Both the position numbers and the translations under genes were made by a program. Shown here piece after piece: positions 8,453-12,274 of a stretch of DNA of 12,274 nucleotides (positions are counted from its first letter, which is position 1; the number at the start of each line of letters is the position of its first letter). Where the stretch lies: positions 1 to 12,274 of the forward strand of contig JBHIAI010000050.1 of assembly GCA_046861655.1 (NCBI GenBank), written 5' to 3'. The DNA comes from Fidelibacterota bacterium. Lineage in GTDB: Bacteria > Fidelibacterota > Marinisomatia > Marinisomatales > S15-B10. The notes beneath the pieces were generated by a model. It saw nothing but the letters and a program-made list of their open reading frames with translations. It was not told where the DNA came from and searched no databases.

Positions 8453-8458
8453 GGAGGT
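8450..8458 (+). promoter_or_regulatory. Strong Shine-Dalgarno site of rpsP overlapping the ffh stop codon
   Basis: TAAGGAGGT, the full anti-SD complement, begins at the ffh TAA and ends 4 nt before GTG 8463. Confidence 0.85.
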
Positions 8459-8462
8459 ACAG

Positions 8463-9173
8463 GTGGCGACTCACATCAGACTGAAGCGGATGGGCCGGCG
8501 GAACCGCCCCTTTTTCAGAGTGGTGGTTATGGACTCGAGAGCCAAGCGTGACGGTGCGCCGATCGAAGAATTGGGATGGTACGATCCTGTGAGGACACAG
8601 GACAATTTCTCTTTGAAAGCGGAGAGAATTCTTCACTGGCTCCAGGAAGGGGGCCAGCCCTCAGACACAGTTAAGAATCTTATGAAGACCTCCGGCCTGG
8701 CTTACCGGTGGCACTTGATGCGGCAGGGCCTGGACGAGAAGACCATCGATCAGGAAATCCAGAAGTTAGCCCTGGACCGGCAGGAGCGGGAGACCAAGAA
8801 GGCATCAGAAGAATCGGAACCGGCTGAACAGCCCGAGCCCGAGGCTGGCGTGAAAGCCGGGCCTCAGGTGGAAGAGGCGGATAAGCTTGAGGAGAGGGAG
8901 TCCGGGGGTGAAGTGGAGAAGGAAGAAACCGAGACGGCCGCCGGGGCTGAGATGGAGAAAAAGGTCCCCGGAGAGGAAGAGGTGGAAAAAGAGGGTGAAA
9001 CCCCTGAAGAGGAGCCGGAAGAAGGCGAGCTAACTGCGAAGGAACCTCAGGCGGAAGCAATGAAGGACGAGGAGACTCCGGAGGAATCCTCATCCGGCCG
9101 GGGCGGTGGCAAGGAACCGGCATCGCCAGAGGAGAAGAATGAGTCCGCCCGGGAAGAGAGGTCATCAGGTTGA
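8463..9173 (+). CDS. rpsP: 30S ribosomal protein bS16 with long acidic C-terminal extension
   Basis: 'IRLKRMGRRNRPFFRVVVMDSRAKRDGAPIEELGWYDP...WLQEGGQPSDTVKNL' is the S16 core. Canonical position after ffh. Confidence 0.95.
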   Translation: MATHIRLKRMGRRNRPFFRVVVMDSRAKRDGAPIEELGWYDPVRTQDNFSLKAERILHWLQEGGQPSDTVKNLMKTSGLAYRWHLMRQGLDEKTIDQEIQKLALDRQERETKKASEESEPAEQPEPEAGVKAGPQVEEADKLEERESGGEVEKEETETAAGAEMEKKVPGEEEVEKEGETPEEEPEEGELTAKEPQAEAMKDEETPEESSSGRGGGKEPASPEEKNESAREERSSG

Positions 9174-9238
9174 GACCGAATACCACAGCGTACGGATGCG
9201 TTAGAAGGGAGTGAGCCATGGACGAGAAGGAAGTTGTC

Positions 9239-9472
9239 ATGAAGGAACTCATTGAGGCCATCGTGAAAGAGCTGGTGGACAAACCAGATGAGGTTAGTGT
9301 GACGCCGGTTGAGAGCGAGAGGACCGTCATCTATGAGCTCCGCGTCGGAGATGGTGACCTGGGCAAGGTGATCGGAAAACAGGGAAGAACGGCCCAGGCC
9401 ATTCGGACTATCGTCTCGGCCGTCAGTGCCAAAGGCGGTGGAAGACGGGCACTTCTCGAGATTATTGAGTAG
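9239..9472 (+). CDS. khpA: KH-domain RNA-binding protein KhpA/YlqC (UPF0109)
   Basis: '[21 protein letters not shown]...[28 protein letters not shown]' with the GxxG loop, between rpsP and rimM. Family members usually begin MKEL (ATG 9239). The upstream ATG 9218 also has an SD-like GGGAG. Confidence 0.92.
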   Translation: MKELIEAIVKELVDKPDEVSVTPVESERTVIYELRVGDGDLGKVIGKQGRTAQAIRTIVSAVSAKGGGRRALLEIIE

Positions 9473-9494
9473 GAGTGCAGGATCCTGCACTCCT
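9471..9494. repeat. Perfect 24-bp palindrome (10-bp stem, GATC loop) at the khpA/rimM junction
   Basis: AGGAGTGCAGGATCCTGCACTCCT equals its own reverse complement. Confidence 0.95.
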
Positions 9495-9498
9495 TGGT

Positions 9499-9993
9499 AT
9501 GACTAGACGGCTGCGCATCATCGGTAAGGTGGTGGGTGCGGTAGGTCTCAAAGGGGACATCAGGGTCCACCCTACGGTGTTTGATTTTGAGACTGTGATT
9601 CGCGCAGGATCGGTGTATGTGGGGTACGAGAGCAGCGCGGCCAGGGACATTGAGGTTACCCCCGTGTCAAGAAAAGGAAACACTTTTCGGTACAGGGTGC
9701 AAGGGGTATCGAGCCGGGAGGTATCGGAAGCTCTTGTGGGCCAGTTCTTCTTTGCTCCCCTGAAGCCTGGTGAATTCCTGCCCGAAGAGATCATCGGTTT
9801 CGATGTGGTTTCTACCGAGGGGAACCTTATCGGAGATCTTGTGGATGTACTTCATATGCCTGCCGGTGATGTCTACGTGATCGATCGTGCCGGAAGAGAA
9901 GTCCTCATTCCCGCGGTTGGAGAGATTGTGAAGAAGGTAAATCGCGAACAGGAAGAGGTCACCATCTTTCCCATGGAGGGACTCCTGGACTGA
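9499..9993 (+). CDS. rimM: 16S rRNA processing / ribosome maturation factor RimM
   Basis: 'IGKVVGAVGLKGDIRV' N-domain and PRC barrel 'IIGFDVVSTEGNLIGDLVDVLHMPAGDVYVI...EVLIPAVGEIVKKVN...MEGLLD', with canonical synteny. ATG 9499 is preferred over GTG 9475, which lies inside the palindrome. Confidence 0.92.
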   Translation: MTRRLRIIGKVVGAVGLKGDIRVHPTVFDFETVIRAGSVYVGYESSAARDIEVTPVSRKGNTFRYRVQGVSSREVSEALVGQFFFAPLKPGEFLPEEIIGFDVVSTEGNLIGDLVDVLHMPAGDVYVIDRAGREVLIPAVGEIVKKVNREQEEVTIFPMEGLLD

Positions 9994-10703
9994 TGACTCG
10001 TATCTTTATCATTACCCCTTTTCCCCAGATGGTGGAGGCGGTCACCGGTGAGAGTATCCTCCGGAGAGCCCAGGACAAGGGGCGGGTCACCTACGAGGTG
10101 ATGGATTTACGGGAATATGCGGGCGGGAAGCACGGACAGCTCGATGATTATCCCTTCGGGGGTGGAACGGGAATGGTTATGATGGCCGAGCCCATCTTGA
10201 AAGCTGTGGACAGGGCCAAAGAAGAAATGGGAAAGGACGACGAACTGAGGGTGGTGTATCCCTCCCCTCAGGGAAAGCTTCTTACCCAGGACAGGGCCCG
10301 GGACCTCTCCGGGGCCACGGGTCTCATTTTCATCTGTGGCCACTACAAGGGAATCGACGAGCGGGTCTGTCAATCCGTGGTGACGGATGAAATATCCATC
10401 GGGGATTACGTCCTGACCGGGGGCGAACTGCCTGCCATGGTCATCCTGGATTCCATCGTCCGGCTGATCCCCGGAGTCCTGAGCGACGAGGAATCGGCGG
10501 CCTCCGACTCCTTCAGTCACGACCTTCTGGACCATCCCCATTATACCCGGCCGGAAGAAGTGAGGGGAATGAAGGTCCCGGACGTTCTTCTTACCGGTCA
10601 TCACGCCCGGATCCAGGCCTGGAGAAAAACCCAGAGGGAAATGCGCACCCGAAACAGAAGGCCCGACCTGTGGGAACGGTACGCGAAACAGCAATCCGAA
10701 TGA
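9993..10703 (+). CDS. trmD: tRNA (guanine-37-N1)-methyltransferase TrmD
   Basis: [57 protein letters not shown]. The ATG overlaps the rimM stop (TGATG). Confidence 0.97.
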   Translation: MTRIFIITPFPQMVEAVTGESILRRAQDKGRVTYEVMDLREYAGGKHGQLDDYPFGGGTGMVMMAEPILKAVDRAKEEMGKDDELRVVYPSPQGKLLTQDRARDLSGATGLIFICGHYKGIDERVCQSVVTDEISIGDYVLTGGELPAMVILDSIVRLIPGVLSDEESAASDSFSHDLLDHPHYTRPEEVRGMKVPDVLLTGHHARIQAWRKTQREMRTRNRRPDLWERYAKQQSE

Positions 10704-10713
10704 GGAACGGGCG

Positions 10714-11055
10714 ATGGTAGAGGCTCACGAACTGTCCAAAGACCAGGTCCGGGATGACATCCCTGACTTTCGTCCCGGAGACAAAGTGGGCGTCAACCTG
10801 AAGGTGGTGGAGGGGGGCAGAGAGAGGATCCAGAGATTCGAGGGTGTGGTGCTGTCCAGGCGGGGAACGGGCACCCAGGCCACCTTCACGGTGAGAAAGG
10901 TGACGTCCGGCATAGGGGTGGAAAGGATATTTTCCCCCCACTCTCCCAGTATCGAAAGCATCGATATCATTCGACGGGGCAAGGTCCGGCGGGCAAAGCT
11001 TTACTACTTGAGGAAATTAAGAGGTAAGGCTGCCCGGATCAAAGAGCGCCGGTAA
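10714..11055 (+). CDS. rplS: 50S ribosomal protein bL19
   Basis: '[31 protein letters not shown]...[17 protein letters not shown]...[25 protein letters not shown]'. SD-like GAGG overlaps the trmD stop. Confidence 0.97.
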   Translation: MVEAHELSKDQVRDDIPDFRPGDKVGVNLKVVEGGRERIQRFEGVVLSRRGTGTQATFTVRKVTSGIGVERIFSPHSPSIESIDIIRRGKVRRAKLYYLRKLRGKAARIKERR

Positions 11056-11154
11056 TCGCCGCTCGAACCTCATCCCGTTTTCTCCTCCATTCTTTCCCTA
11101 AAGTCTTTGCACCTGCGGCCTCCACGCTGCGGGAGCAGTAACGGTCCGGCGTCC

Positions 11155-12274
11155 ATGTTTTCCAAGGAATCCAGAATCCTCCTGACGATCACTGGAATGA
11201 CCCACTTCGTGGTTCACGCCGTCATGGTTATGTACCCGGCCATCATCATGGTGTTGGAACCTGAGTTCGGGGTGGACCTGGCCACCCTGGGGTGGATCTA
11301 CGGCCTGTCGGGATTCATGTTCGGACTGGGGGCCCTCCCCGCAGGATGGCTGGAGAGGAAGGTAGGAGGCCGCCGGCTTCTCATGATCTGCCAGATTGGG
11401 CTGGCCCTTTCTTGCGTGGCTCTGTTTTTGTCCCGGAGTCTCGCTCATCTCACTGTGGCCCTGTTTTTCTTGGGCCTGGCCGCCTCCATCTACCATCCGG
11501 CCGGCCTGACACTCATTTCCATGTCCACTCCGAAGATCAGCAGGGCCATGGGATATCACGGTGTGGCCGGGAATCTTGGGCTGGCCCTGGGACCGCTTCT
11601 GGCGGCTCTGTTCGCGGCTGGAATCTCCTGGAGGGCAGGGTACGGATTCGTGGCCCTGTTGTGTCTGGCTCTGCTATGGGCCACGGCCACGTTTCTCCCT
11701 TCCAGCTCCTTGCCCGGGAATCCCACAGAATCCGCCCACAAGGAGGTCAATCGAATTCGTCCTCTTGCGGTCTATTACGCCATCGTGGTTCTTGTTGGGC
11801 TGACCTTCTACGGCTTCGCCACGTTCATGCCCGCCCATTTCAGCGAACACCTGGGGGGTGTGTTCCAGAATCTCGATGTCATCATAAAAGGGGGGATGTT
11901 TTCTACCCTGGTGCTCGTATCGGGCATCGCGGGACAGCTTCTCGGGGGGAAACTGGGAGATTCAACCCGGAAGACCCTCCTGCTGCCCCTGATCACACTG
12001 GCTCATGTGCCGCTCCTGGTGTTCTTCGGTCTGGAAAGCGGAGGATTCATGATCCTTGCAGGGATTCTTCTGGGTATGGTTCATTTCTCCTTCCAGCCCA
12101 TCGGGAATTCTCTGATTGCCGAGTTCACAACCCCGTCCGCCAGGGGGCTGGGATACGGTGTTTCTTTTTTCCTGAGTTTTGGAGTGGGAGCTGTGGGCTC
12201 CGGATTGGGAGGGAGTCTGGCCGCAACCTACGGGGTGGCCATGGTCTATCCCTTTGTGGCCAGCTGGATGGCCC
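11155..12274 (+). CDS. Major facilitator superfamily transporter, 3'-partial
   Basis: Translated by hand and open to the window end (373 codons): MFSKESRILLTITGMTHFVVHAVMVMYPAII...GALPAGWLERKVGGRRLL (MFS motif A-like)...ASIYHPAGLTLIS...AMGYHGVAGNLGLALGP...GQLLGGKLGD...ARGLGYG. Many TM segments. It is absent from the ORF track because no stop falls in the window. Confidence 0.9.
   Translation, partial: MFSKESRILLTITGMTHFVVHAVMVMYPAIIMVLEPEFGVDLATLGWIYGLSGFMFGLGALPAGWLERKVGGRRLLMICQIGLALSCVALFLSRSLAHLTVALFFLGLAASIYHPAGLTLISMSTPKISRAMGYHGVAGNLGLALGPLLAALFAAGISWRAGYGFVALLCLALLWATATFLPSSSLPGNPTESAHKEVNRIRPLAVYYAIVVLVGLTFYGFATFMPAHFSEHLGGVFQNLDVIIKGGMFSTLVLVSGIAGQLLGGKLGDSTRKTLLLPLITLAHVPLLVFFGLESGGFMILAGILLGMVHFSFQPIGNSLIAEFTTPSARGLGYGVSFFLSFGVGAVGSGLGGSLAATYGVAMVYPFVASWMA

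Noticed and set aside
9174..9217. Weak hairpin AGCGTA-cgga-TGCGTT between rpsP and khpA
   Set aside because: Six pairs including two G-U pairs is expected by chance.
9471..9500. Palindrome as a classical intrinsic terminator
   Set aside because: No U-tract on either side, and it lies inside a conserved operon. Kept as a regulatory hairpin finding instead.
11098..11996. Short ORFs listed in the track over the right end
   Set aside because: They are alternative or antisense frames of the MFS gene starting at 11155.
1..12274. CRISPR arrays, IS elements, prophage, defence genes, tRNA or rRNA
   Set aside because: No spaced direct repeats, transposase or integrase motifs, or RNA-gene signatures were seen. 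Nearly all of the window is explained by the listed CDSs.

Overview
GC-rich bacterial chromosomal window of mostly housekeeping genes. Minus strand: a ~1270-1305 aa PorU-like C25 (gingipain-family) cysteine transpeptidase, the sortase of type IX secretion, followed by a short RodZ-like HTH membrane protein. Plus strand, divergent from porU: a mitochondrial-type aconitase, the conserved ffh-rpsP-khpA-rimM-trmD-rplS cluster, and an MFS transporter that runs off the right edge and is missing from the ORF track. PorU, the aconitase type and the TrmD 'GHYKG' motif point to the FCB superphylum. Strong Shine-Dalgarno sites and canonical sigma70 promoter motifs argue against Bacteroidia, so a lineage such as Marinimicrobia, KSB1 or Calditrichota is inferred. 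I found no mobile element, CRISPR array or RNA gene, and cannot support a wholly new multi-gene system. The best leads are a T9SS sortase with no adjacent porV in an apparently non-Bacteroidia genome, a perfect 24-bp palindrome at the khpA/rimM junction, overlapping divergent promoters plus a structured aconitase leader, and a long acidic tail on bS16.
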